DNA of 64,000 nt from Salaquimonas sp. (lineage in GTDB: Bacteria > Pseudomonadota > Alphaproteobacteria > Rhizobiales > Rhizobiaceae), in assembly GCA_028289365.1 (NCBI GenBank), contig JANQQM010000038.1, positions 51,115-115,114 on the forward strand. The letters are read 5' to 3'. The notes beneath the pieces were generated by a model, which was given only the letters and a program-made list of their open reading frames with translations, was not told the origin of the DNA and did not search any database. Position 1 is the first letter of the stretch. The number at the start of each line of letters is the position of its first letter. The position numbers were made by a program, and so were the translations under genes. Positions 53,828-63,340 of this stretch are shown here, piece by piece.

Positions 53828-54877
53828 ATGCGCATAGCCCTGACCGCCGATCCCGAAATACCCGTGCCACCCATCAATTACGGCGGAATCGAGCGGATTG
53901 TCGACATGCTGGCGAGAGGGCTTGCCTCGCGTGGGCATGAAGTCACGCTTTTTGCTCACGGCGAGTCGACCTGCCCGGTCGAGAGGGTGAGTTGGCCTGG
54001 CGCGAGCAGTATAAGTAAACTCGATACCACAATGAATTGTGCGATGCTGGCAAGCAAAGTTCTTACTGGACGCTTCGATATTGTTCATTCGTTCTCAAGG
54101 ATCGCTTACCTCACTCCGCTGCTTCCATTTTCGATCCCGAAACTGATGACTTACCAGCGCGAGATCAGCACCAAGACTGTTGGCTTCGGCCACCAGTTAT
54201 CACGGGGCACACTAGAGTTTTCGGCGATCAGCCAGTGGATGGTCGAGCGCGTTAGGCACATCGGAAAGTGGTACATCATCCCGAATGGGGTGCCGCTTCA
54301 AGTCTATGATTTCAGCGCCGAGGTTGCACCGGATGCACCCCTGGTGTTCCTAGGCCGAATTGAAGAAATAAAGGGACCTCATCTCGCGATCGATATCGCC
54401 AGACGAGCGAATGCAAACCTGATTATTGCCGGCAATATACCCGCTGAACATAACGGCTGGTTCCAACAAAACGTGGCACCGCACATTGACGGCAGACAGA
54501 TCTCATATGTTGGCCCGGTGAACGATCGGCAGAAGAATGAACTGCTCGGTCGCGCTCGAGCCTTCCTGATGCCGATTTTGTGGGAGGAACCGTTCGGTAT
54601 TGTGATGGCGGAAGCGATGGCTTGTGGAACACCAGTGATCGGCACTAGGCGCGGCGCTGTGCCCGAGGTGGTCGTGGATGGGATCACGGGATTCGTTGGC
54701 GAAACGGTCGATGATTTCGTCAGCGCGATTTTGCGCCTGTCGACGATCGATCGTGCTGCCTGTCGCGCTCGGGTGGAGAGACTATATTCGGATCGCGCCA
54801 TCGTCGATGGCTATCTGAAGCTCTATGAAGAAATGATAGCTAGGCGCAGTGAAATCTCAGCCACGTCAGAACGATGA
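53828..54877 (+). CDS. Glycosyltransferase family 4 (GT-B)
   Basis: MRIALTADPEIPVPPINYGGIERIVDMLARGLASRGHEV and FLMPILWEEPFGIVMAEAMACGTPVIGTRRGAVPEVV. Confidence 0.85.
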   Translation: MRIALTADPEIPVPPINYGGIERIVDMLARGLASRGHEVTLFAHGESTCPVERVSWPGASSISKLDTTMNCAMLASKVLTGRFDIVHSFSRIAYLTPLLPFSIPKLMTYQREISTKTVGFGHQLSRGTLEFSAISQWMVERVRHIGKWYIIPNGVPLQVYDFSAEVAPDAPLVFLGRIEEIKGPHLAIDIARRANANLIIAGNIPAEHNGWFQQNVAPHIDGRQISYVGPVNDRQKNELLGRARAFLMPILWEEPFGIVMAEAMACGTPVIGTRRGAVPEVVVDGITGFVGETVDDFVSAILRLSTIDRAACRARVERLYSDRAIVDGYLKLYEEMIARRSEISATSER

Positions 54878-56118
54878 GTGTGAACAAAATCTGCATCATC
54901 TCGCCGGGGCACCTTTCGACCAATCCTCGCCTAGTCAAGGAAGCTGATGCGCTCGCCGAAGCAGGGCATGAGGTATCAGTAATTATTGCGGACTTCCTGC
55001 CTTGGGCGCGAGACAAAGATTTAAGTTTTGGTGGCAAACCCTGGCGTATTACGGCAAAATTGCCCTTCGGGCCGTACGCTCCTTTCGTTACCCGCGTGAA
55101 ACAGGTTCTGCGCCATAACCCGGCGAGGTGGCTGGCGAAACAGGGTATTGGACCAAAATTCATGTTGGAAGCAGCGGCACATCCTATTACGGAAGGATTA
55201 ACGGCCGCAGCCTGCAAGACCCCTGCCGATCTATACATCGCCCACTATGTGGCGGCACTACCCGCCGCGGCTGCAGCAGCACGTCGCCACGCCACACTGT
55301 ACGCCTACGACGCAGAGGATTTTCACATGGGTGACTGGCCAGAAGATCCGGCTTTTGAGTTCGAGCGTCACCTGGTGCGCGAAATCGAAGGCCGTTACAT
55401 ACCGGGATGCGCCTATGTCACCGCCGCTTCGCCGATGATCGCTGAAGCTCTAGTCGAGACATACGCGATAGAGACGCCTCAGGTGGTGCTAAACGTCTTT
55501 CCCCGTAGCCAGGCACCAGCCAAGCCAAAGACTCGAGGCAGTATCGCGACCGAGCCTTCGATCTATTGGTTTTCGCAGACCATAGGCCCAAATCGTGGCC
55601 TCGAGTGTGCCGTTCGCGCTATTGGTCTCTCCGTCCATTGCCCGCATCTCTACCTTCGTGGTACGCCAGTGGCGGGCTACCTATCTAAACTTGAAAAGCT
55701 TGCGGGTGAAAGCGGTGCGGAGGGACGTGTACACTTTCTACCCCCCTCCGAACCTGAACAAATGGAAATACTCGCGGCAGAATATGATCTCGGGCTATGT
55801 GGGGAGCCTGGCCATACCCGTAACAATCGCCGGGCCCTCGCCAACAAACTCTTCTCTTTCCTACTCGCCGGTCTGCCACCCCTGATGTCGGCAACGCCGG
55901 CTCAGCATCGCTTTGTAACCGAGGCGGGCTTTCCCGAGCTTGTCTACCCGATAGACAACGCACAAGCGCTTGCAAAGCTTATTGACAGATTGCTTGGCGC
56001 TCCTGACCAATTGGCTACCCTACGTGAGAGGATGTGGTGTCTTGGTCAGGAGCGATATAATTGGGAACGGGAAGGCGAATTGGTGAAGAACCTTGTCGCT
56101 CGTACACTGAAACGATGA
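54874..56118 (+). CDS. GT-B-fold glycosyltransferase (GT4-like)
   Basis: ATGA overlap with the upstream gene. KICIISPGHLSTNPRLVKEADALAEAGHEV. The C-terminal Rossmann half has an atypical acidic motif. Confidence 0.6.
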   Translation: MSVNKICIISPGHLSTNPRLVKEADALAEAGHEVSVIIADFLPWARDKDLSFGGKPWRITAKLPFGPYAPFVTRVKQVLRHNPARWLAKQGIGPKFMLEAAAHPITEGLTAAACKTPADLYIAHYVAALPAAAAAARRHATLYAYDAEDFHMGDWPEDPAFEFERHLVREIEGRYIPGCAYVTAASPMIAEALVETYAIETPQVVLNVFPRSQAPAKPKTRGSIATEPSIYWFSQTIGPNRGLECAVRAIGLSVHCPHLYLRGTPVAGYLSKLEKLAGESGAEGRVHFLPPSEPEQMEILAAEYDLGLCGEPGHTRNNRRALANKLFSFLLAGLPPLMSATPAQHRFVTEAGFPELVYPIDNAQALAKLIDRLLGAPDQLATLRERMWCLGQERYNWEREGELVKNLVARTLKR

Positions 56119-57404
56119 CTTCTCGCTCGGTCGTTATTCTTTCGCCCTATTTCCCACCCTCGACTCTCGCAGGTGTACATCGGTCAAGGCTGCTCGCAAA
56201 GCAGCTTCCGAGGCATGGATGGGAGCCAATCATACTCTGTGTCGGCGAGGCATTTCATGAACAGCGGCTTGATCCGGGTCTCGCTGCGCTGGTACCAGAG
56301 GATCGCGAAGTCATCAAGGTATCTGCTCTGCCGATCGGCTTGACACGTCCGTTTGGGCTCGGCGAAATCAGCCTGCGCGCCTGGCGGTCGTTGCGCCAAA
56401 AGCTCTTTCAAATATTATCGATGCGCGAGATCGACGCCGTTCTCATTACAGGCTCACCGTTCTATCCGATGCTATTTGCACCAGAAATCAAAAAGCGCTT
56501 TGGCGTTCCGGTCGTGCTCGACTTCCAAGATCCTTGGGTCTCGGCTTGGGGGGGCCAACAAAAGCTCTCGACAAAAGCAGGTGTTGTGCATCGACTAGCC
56601 ACATGGCTCGAGCCAAAGGCGTTGCGTGCCGCCGACTTCATCACTTCAGTATCAGACAATCAAAATGTAGAAATGGCTACTCGTTATCCCTGGCTCAAAC
56701 GTTCGAACATGGCAGCAATACCGATTGGTGGCGATCCGGAGGATTTCGACTACCTGCGTCGGCGCAAAGTCGGGTCGGTAAGCATGCATCTGGAGCCCGA
56801 GAGGGTCAATCTCAGTTTTGTAGGTACGTTCATGCCGCGCACAGGAGAACCGATGCGGGCCCTGTTTCGTGGACTCCGTAGTTTGATAAACGAAGCTCCA
56901 GAACTTGTGGAACGCCTGAGACTGAATTTTATAGGAACCAGCAATCAACCCAATATTCAAACGAAACCCAGTGTTATGCCTATCGCTTCAGAAATAGGTG
57001 TAGCCGACTACGTGCGCGAAGTACCGCAACGCGTGCCTTATTTGGAAGCACTGAGCATCTTAGCTCGCTCAGATGGTATTCTGCTTATCGGTTCTGACGA
57101 GCCTCACTATACGGCGTCGAAAATCTATCCGGCGTTGATGTCTGGTACACCATATTTATCTTTGTTCCGCAGTCAGAGCAGTGCACATACGATTCTGTCA
57201 GCTGCAGGAGGTGGTGTTGCCCTATCGTTCGGTTCGCCTGAGGCGCTTGCTGGTCTCGTTCCGGCGCTCGCTAATGGTCTCAAGCAATTTTCCACCGATT
57301 CGGCGGTATTCGGCCATGTAGACCCTGCAGCCTATGCAGCATACGAGGCTTCCGCTGTCGCCGAACAATACGCAAAAATCTTTCACGATATCAGCTGCTT
57401 GTAG
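56115..57404 (+). CDS. GT-B-fold glycosyltransferase-like protein
   Basis: ATGA overlap with the upstream gene. VVILSPYFPPSTLAGVHRSRLLAKQLPRHGWEP. The canonical E-x7-E was not recognised. Confidence 0.55.
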   Translation: MTSRSVVILSPYFPPSTLAGVHRSRLLAKQLPRHGWEPIILCVGEAFHEQRLDPGLAALVPEDREVIKVSALPIGLTRPFGLGEISLRAWRSLRQKLFQILSMREIDAVLITGSPFYPMLFAPEIKKRFGVPVVLDFQDPWVSAWGGQQKLSTKAGVVHRLATWLEPKALRAADFITSVSDNQNVEMATRYPWLKRSNMAAIPIGGDPEDFDYLRRRKVGSVSMHLEPERVNLSFVGTFMPRTGEPMRALFRGLRSLINEAPELVERLRLNFIGTSNQPNIQTKPSVMPIASEIGVADYVREVPQRVPYLEALSILARSDGILLIGSDEPHYTASKIYPALMSGTPYLSLFRSQSSAHTILSAAGGGVALSFGSPEALAGLVPALANGLKQFSTDSAVFGHVDPAAYAAYEASAVAEQYAKIFHDISCL

Positions 57405-57789
57405 TCGATTGCCTGGAAAAACTGATTGCCTTAACTCGCGGGAAGCGGGTTGCCCGGCCATCGGCCGAGTTCGAAAGGGAATGCGCGAGCAAATCAGCAA
57501 TAGAGAAGACCTGCTTGTCGCTAAATCACGTAGGGCTCCATGCAGATGCACTTGTTTGAGCATGGTCGATGTCCGCGTTTGGGGAATTCGCGACAGCCAT
57601 TCCAAACTGGAACCCGCGTATTGCGAGATGCTCTATTATACTCGATCGCTCCAGCGGTCTTTAGGTTAGCAAGAATAATGTCCCTAACTGAATGATTATG
57701 ATCAGCTACGATATGATCGAAAATCTCGTCGATCTATTCAAGCCAGACGAACGCACAATTTACTTCAGATCGTGCGGAGACGAATAGGG

Positions 57790-58725
57790 ATGAATCGAAA
57801 TCGCTATAAACCCTTGGGCCATAACTCACCTGCTCCTACTTTTTTAGGCCTGGGCGCTCCGAAGGCAGCAACGACTTGGTTGTTCCAGTGCCTGCGAGAA
57901 CACCCTTCGATATTCATTCCGGACGAAAAGGAGATCGGCGTTTTTTCCTGTTCGGACGAAATAGATGAACGTCTTACCGAGTATCTCGCTCATTTTCATA
58001 AGTCGGGCACTGCTGATGCGCGCGGAGAGATATTCGTACTGTATCTCAGCAGTCCGCTCGCGGCCGAACAGATTAAGCGTTATCTTCCCGATGCAAAGTT
58101 GTTCGTTAGTTTGCGTAATCCTGTTGATCAGATCTATTCTCACTACTGGCATTTGAAACGTCAAAATTTCCATCGCTGGGGTGATGGAAATTTCGTTCCG
58201 CCGACCTCGTTCGCTTCCGCCATTGATGAATTGTATGACGATCTTGTTGCGCCGGCTTGTTACGCGCAACATCTAAAGCGTTGGCTAGCTTTCTTCCCGC
58301 GCGAGCAGATCCACATTATGCTATATGAGGATATAGAGTCAGATCCGCTTCGCGAGCTGAAGTCGCTATACTGCTTTCTAGAAGTTGACGATGGCTTCGT
58401 TCCATCCTTTCTGAATCGGAGGGATGCCGCAGTTCGCGCCGGCGTTTCCCCAAGAAGCGACGTTTTAGACCGTTTGCATACCAAGACTTATGACGGACTC
58501 AATCGCTTCGTCTATCATAAGATGAAGCAATTGATCGGCGTATCCGCCGCTGCCCGGATCAAGGATACATTGCGGATTCGTCAGCTCATGCAGGCGATCT
58601 TTTATAGAAAAGGTTACCCAAAGATGGATCAGAAGGATAAAAAGAGACTCGTGGCCTTGCTGAGCGAAGATATCTGTGAACTAGAGAACCTGCTCGGACG
58701 TGATCTATCACATTGGTTGGGTTGA
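57790..58725 (+). CDS. PAPS-dependent sulfotransferase
   Basis: The 5-prime-PSB loop is FLGLGAPKAATTWLFQCL and the 3-prime-PB motif is SLRNPVDQIYSHYWH. ATG 57790 is preceded by AGGGA. Confidence 0.85.
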   Translation: MNRNRYKPLGHNSPAPTFLGLGAPKAATTWLFQCLREHPSIFIPDEKEIGVFSCSDEIDERLTEYLAHFHKSGTADARGEIFVLYLSSPLAAEQIKRYLPDAKLFVSLRNPVDQIYSHYWHLKRQNFHRWGDGNFVPPTSFASAIDELYDDLVAPACYAQHLKRWLAFFPREQIHIMLYEDIESDPLRELKSLYCFLEVDDGFVPSFLNRRDAAVRAGVSPRSDVLDRLHTKTYDGLNRFVYHKMKQLIGVSAAARIKDTLRIRQLMQAIFYRKGYPKMDQKDKKRLVALLSEDICELENLLGRDLSHWLG

Positions 58726-58737
58726 GCCGATCGATTG

Positions 58738-59907
58738 ATGCGCATTGCAATTGTCACTTCCCACCCAATCCAGTATTACGCACCGCTATTTCGAGAACTG
58801 GCGCAGAGGATGGAGGTGCATGTTTTCTACATGCACCAGGTTACAGCGCAGGATCAGGCAGTGGCAGGGTTCGGTGTCGGCTTCAACTGGGACATTGATT
58901 TACTGTCAGGCTATGAAAATAGCTTTCTGCGTAATGTATCCACCCAGCCAGGCTTACATCATTACAGAGGTGTCGACGTTCCGGGAATCGGTGCGTCGTT
59001 GAAGCAGGGCGGTTTTGATGTTGTGCTCGTAACTGGCTGGCATCTTAAGGGATATTTGCAGACGATCTTGGCGGCGAAACGGCAGGGTATTCCAGTCATG
59101 GTCCGCGGTGACAGCCAACTGGATACTCACCGCAGTTTGGTCAAGCGTGCAGTCAAGGCACTAACCTATCCTGTTCTCTTGCGCTTCTTCGATGCTGCGC
59201 TTTACGTCGGTGTACGCTCAAAACACTATTGGTGCCATTACCGCTATCCCGAACGCAGGCTTTTCTTTTCACCCCATTGTGTGGATAACGGTTGGTTTGC
59301 CGCGCGCGGAAGCGTCGAAGCCGGCGCAGCACTTCGCCAAAAGCTGGGTATCGCACCGCTGACACCTGTCGTACTGTTCGCTGGAAAGCTACAGCCATTC
59401 AAGCGTCCGCTCGATGTGATCGATGCTTGCGCTAAGCTTCGTAGTAATGGAAAGGACGTGCAGTTGCTGATTGCCGGTTCTGGTGAACTCGACCACACTC
59501 TGCAGCAAAGAGCAGCTGTAGAAGGTGTGACTATTCAGATGCTCGGATTTCAAAACCAAACGGCGATGCCGGCCGTTTATGCGGCGGCGGATGTTCTTGC
59601 GCTACCATCATCATCAGCAGAAACATGGGGACTCGTTGTCAACGAAGCGCTAGCCTGTGGTACACCGGTTGTGGTGTCCGACGCCTGCGGCTGCGCACCA
59701 GACCTTGTCGAGGATGGCAGCGCGGGTGTGACCTATCCAATGGGCGATGTTAATGCACTGGCAGCACGCTTATCGGCGTTGATTGGTCGACCGCCTGATA
59801 AATCGCAAATCGCAGCTAAGATTTCGCACTATGGCTTGACGAACGCTTCCGACGGTATCGAGGAAGCCTCATTGGCAATTTGTCAAGGTCCACGTAGAGC
59901 TGTTTGA
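58738..59907 (+). CDS. Glycosyltransferase family 4 (GT-B)
   Basis: MRIAIVTSHPIQYYAPLF and VLALPSSSAETWGLVVNEALACGTPVVVSDACGCAPDLV. Confidence 0.85.
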   Translation: MRIAIVTSHPIQYYAPLFRELAQRMEVHVFYMHQVTAQDQAVAGFGVGFNWDIDLLSGYENSFLRNVSTQPGLHHYRGVDVPGIGASLKQGGFDVVLVTGWHLKGYLQTILAAKRQGIPVMVRGDSQLDTHRSLVKRAVKALTYPVLLRFFDAALYVGVRSKHYWCHYRYPERRLFFSPHCVDNGWFAARGSVEAGAALRQKLGIAPLTPVVLFAGKLQPFKRPLDVIDACAKLRSNGKDVQLLIAGSGELDHTLQQRAAVEGVTIQMLGFQNQTAMPAVYAAADVLALPSSSAETWGLVVNEALACGTPVVVSDACGCAPDLVEDGSAGVTYPMGDVNALAARLSALIGRPPDKSQIAAKISHYGLTNASDGIEEASLAICQGPRRAV

Positions 59908-61361
59908 TGAAGGCTACCGGAATAACAGCGCTGGTCCGCTCGCCCTTGCCGCCCGTAGTCTTTCCAGCGGCCTTTGTGTTCCTGCTGCTGTTTGGTTTCG
60001 GACCAAACCTACCTTTGGCAATCCTATCAGTCATTATTCTAATTCTTGGCAGCGCCCTTCTCTGGCGTCCTGGAGATTCGCCGATACTTTTGTTGCTTTT
60101 CGGCTACCAATGGCTTCAAGCCAGCGCACGGATTTTCCATTCCAACTTCAAGGGTGTTGACGTTAGCGATCTTTCATATGCCGTTGGACAGGTGTCCCTG
60201 GCATCCTTTCTCTCGCTTGTGGCCCTGCTGACTTTGGCTATCGGTCTGCGTATAGGTGCCGGCCCTTGGCGCGCATTTGACGGACAGGTCTGCCGCTACA
60301 TAGCAATCTCCCAGAACACGAAATCTTGGTTCAGGCTCTATGCCTTGGCTTGGGTAGGTTCGGCGGCAGCATTACTTTTGGCTCAATACGTTCCAGGCCT
60401 CAGTCAACCACTACTGGCCGCTACGACCCTGAAATGGGCTTTCTTCTGGATTCTCGCCTATGCCACCTTCATTAGACCCAGCGATGATCGGAAGTATCTA
60501 TTGCTGGCGTTCTTATTTGAATTGGCCTTAGGGTTGGGCGGGTATTTTTCGGAGTTCAGGACGGTCTTCTTCATTACAATAATGGCCATGGCAGCGGCGG
60601 GAACAAGGATATCGGGCAGATGGATTGTGGCGCTCTCCGCCTTGGGCGCTTTATTGTTGACGATCGCGGTCGTCTGGACAGCCGTAAAGGATGAATATCG
60701 TGATTTCGTCAGCGGTGGCAGGAAGGCACAAATCGTTACAGTCGACTATAGCGCTCGGATGACAGTGCTCACGCAAATGGTCGCGGACCTCGAAATGGGG
60801 GAGCTCGCTGATGCCGTTGAAGAGACTGTCAACCGGGTCGGCTATGTCGACTTTTTCGCGGTCGTGCTCAACACGGTGCCGAATATCATCCCGCATGAGC
60901 ATGGTACGCTCTGGTTGGACGCGATTAGCCGGCCTTTCATGCCCCGCATTCTGTTCCCCGGAAAATCGGCGATCAATGACAGCGAGAGGACCAATTACTA
61001 CACAGGGCTCGGCGTTTCGGACCATACTGCCGGAACGTCAATCAGCATAGGTTATATAGGCGAAACTTATATTGACTTTGGCGAAATCGGTATGATGGTG
61101 GCAATCTTCACCTATGGCCTAGTTCTGGGTAGGGTGTACAGGTGGTTCTTGCAAGGGCCCCGCACCCAGGGCCTGCTTGGAATGGCCTTAAATAGCGCAA
61201 TTCTTCTTGGCGCTACCGCCCTGGAGACAAGTATTACAAAAGTCCTGGGGGGTCTCATCGTGAACATACTGGTTGCATTTCTGTTCGCTCGATACATCGT
61301 GCCCAGCTATGTTCCGTGGATTGTTTTCAACAGAAAGAGAGTCCGGTCGCCGGCAGCTTGA
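59907..61361 (+). CDS. Polytopic membrane protein, candidate Wzy-type polymerase or other glycan-handling protein
   Basis: The ATG overlaps the upstream stop by 1 nt. There are at least 10 hydrophobic helices and one soluble loop of about 90 aa (KDEYRDFVSGG...PHEHGTLWLD). No catalytic motif was recognised. Confidence 0.5.
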   Translation: MKATGITALVRSPLPPVVFPAAFVFLLLFGFGPNLPLAILSVIILILGSALLWRPGDSPILLLLFGYQWLQASARIFHSNFKGVDVSDLSYAVGQVSLASFLSLVALLTLAIGLRIGAGPWRAFDGQVCRYIAISQNTKSWFRLYALAWVGSAAALLLAQYVPGLSQPLLAATTLKWAFFWILAYATFIRPSDDRKYLLLAFLFELALGLGGYFSEFRTVFFITIMAMAAAGTRISGRWIVALSALGALLLTIAVVWTAVKDEYRDFVSGGRKAQIVTVDYSARMTVLTQMVADLEMGELADAVEETVNRVGYVDFFAVVLNTVPNIIPHEHGTLWLDAISRPFMPRILFPGKSAINDSERTNYYTGLGVSDHTAGTSISIGYIGETYIDFGEIGMMVAIFTYGLVLGRVYRWFLQGPRTQGLLGMALNSAILLGATALETSITKVLGGLIVNILVAFLFARYIVPSYVPWIVFNRKRVRSPAA

Positions 61362-61391
61362 GGCTGCAATCGACGAGGTCTGTTGCTTCTT

Positions 61392-62531
61392 ATGGAGAAT
61401 GAATCCAAATTGATCTGTCGGCAGATCGTGGCCTCGATCGATGAGGAAGCCGCTGGGCCAAGTTATTCCGTTGTCTCGCTATCTCGTGCGCTTAACGTAT
61501 TAGGCGCCGACAGCAAGGTTATGGCGATTGGTCGACGTAGGCCGGAATCTGGATTGGAAATTTTCAAGCAGGACTGGGCATCAGTTCCAGGCGCTGGTCG
61601 CCTGATGTTCTCCGCGTCGCTCATGTGCGCCTTGGAACAGGCTGCCAGTACAGGCGCCATCCTTCACGGACACGGGCTTTGGCTGATTCCCAACATCCAG
61701 CCCGCAAGAATTGCCGCCAGGCATGGCGTTCCTTTCCTAGCCTCTCCGCGCGGAATGCTTAGTCCTGAGGCGCTGGCTTTTTCTTCCAAGCGGAAGAAGA
61801 TTGTTTGGGCGCTCGCGCAGTATCGCGCTCTAGAATTCGCCATCTGTCTTCACGCAACTAGCGTCTCGGAATATGAGGACATTCGCAGGATGTCACTTCG
61901 AGCACCTGTGGCCGTGATCCCAAATGGAGTTGATATCCCGGATGGCGAGCCAAGCCCCACCTGTACGATACTTCATCTCGGTCGAATTCATCCAAAAAAA
62001 GGGATCGATCGTCTGATCGAAGCATGGTCACGTGTTGCCGTCGGTTTTCCGGATTGGCAACTACGCATTGTGGGGCCATCCGAAATTGGATATCGCGAAG
62101 CTCTTGAGGCGCAAGTGGCGCGTTTGGCGGTGCCACGTGTTAGCTTCGATGATGGACTCTTTGGCCAAGCCAAGTGGAGTGCTTATCGTCGGGCTGGTGT
62201 CTTTGTCTTGCCAACATTGAACGAGAATTTTGGTTTGGTTGTTGCCGAAGCTTTAGCGGCAGCAACTCCTGTGATCTCAACCAAAGGCGCACCGTGGCCC
62301 GGGCTTGTCGAGGAACGCTGTGGCTGGTGGATCGACCAGGGCGTGGACGCCCTCGAGGCAGCACTCCGCCAGGCTCTTGCAATTTCGTCGGAAGAGCGCC
62401 TAGCCATGGGTAAGCGGGGACGCGACTGGATGAGACGCGATTTTGGCTGGGATGGGATAGCCGATAGAATGGCTGCAACCTACGCATGGTGCCTGGGCAA
62501 GGGAGAACGGCCGGAATGGGTAGTGCAATGA
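61392..62531 (+). CDS. Glycosyltransferase family 4 (GT-B)
   Basis: LHLGRIHPKKGIDRLIEAW and VFVLPTLNENFGLVVAEALAAATPVISTKGAPWPGLV. Confidence 0.85.
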   Translation: MENESKLICRQIVASIDEEAAGPSYSVVSLSRALNVLGADSKVMAIGRRRPESGLEIFKQDWASVPGAGRLMFSASLMCALEQAASTGAILHGHGLWLIPNIQPARIAARHGVPFLASPRGMLSPEALAFSSKRKKIVWALAQYRALEFAICLHATSVSEYEDIRRMSLRAPVAVIPNGVDIPDGEPSPTCTILHLGRIHPKKGIDRLIEAWSRVAVGFPDWQLRIVGPSEIGYREALEAQVARLAVPRVSFDDGLFGQAKWSAYRRAGVFVLPTLNENFGLVVAEALAAATPVISTKGAPWPGLVEERCGWWIDQGVDALEAALRQALAISSEERLAMGKRGRDWMRRDFGWDGIADRMAATYAWCLGKGERPEWVVQ

Positions 62532-63085
62532 ATCCGCCTCCCACCACAAATATCGCTGCTAACCGAGCCGCTCGGAAATGGAACAGGAAGGAACAGGCAG
62601 GGCGAGCCATTTGGATCATTTTATGGCCACTTTTCCGTTTCAGCCCTCGCCCGTTATTCTGGGCTTGGCGTCGCCTACTTCTGCGTCTTTGTGGCGCGAG
62701 GATTGCAAGCAATGTTCACATTCATCCGAGCGTTCGGATCGCAATACCCTGGAATATCGAGATTGGGTCATATGCGGCTATTGGTGACGGGGCAATACTA
62801 TATTCCCTAGGGCTGATCCGTATAGGCTCTCACGCCACTATCTCACAAGGTGCACATCTTTGCGCAGGGACACATGATTGGCGAGATCCGACGATGCCGT
62901 TGCTCAAAATACCCATCGACATTGGTTCCAATGCTTGGATTTGCGCTGATGTTTTTATTGGGCCCGGAGTTTCCGTTGGTGAGGGCGCGATCGTCGGAGC
63001 ACGCGCTGTAGTTACGAAAGATGTTGTTCCGCGATCAATAGTAGCGGGCAACCCCGCGCAGGTAATCGGCGAGCGAGACCCATGA
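62528..63085 (+). CDS. WcaF-like hexapeptide-repeat acetyltransferase
   Basis: ATGA overlap with the upstream gene. It has the N-terminal membrane-associated segment WIILWPLFRFSPRPLFWAWRRLLLRLCGA typical of WcaF-type enzymes, followed by IGSNAWICADVFIGPGVSVGEGAIVGARAVV. Confidence 0.85.
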   Translation: MNPPPTTNIAANRAARKWNRKEQAGRAIWIILWPLFRFSPRPLFWAWRRLLLRLCGARIASNVHIHPSVRIAIPWNIEIGSYAAIGDGAILYSLGLIRIGSHATISQGAHLCAGTHDWRDPTMPLLKIPIDIGSNAWICADVFIGPGVSVGEGAIVGARAVVTKDVVPRSIVAGNPAQVIGERDP

Positions 63086-63340
63086 ACGGCGAATTGGCCA
63101 TCGTCGGCAACGAACACGTCAATACAGGTTGCTAAGACACCCACGCTGATAGCTTTGCGACCGCTGAGGGAGACCTGGCGATCAATCAAAACACCGTAGT
63201 AAAGTCTGCAAGTTCCTCTGCTTTGGCTACATATATTCCAGTACTGGAACATAGCGCAAGAACGACGTTCTGGTATGGTACATTTGGTATTCAGAAATGC
63301 GCAATATTCTGCAGAAGGCTCGGAATTGGATGAAACGCCG

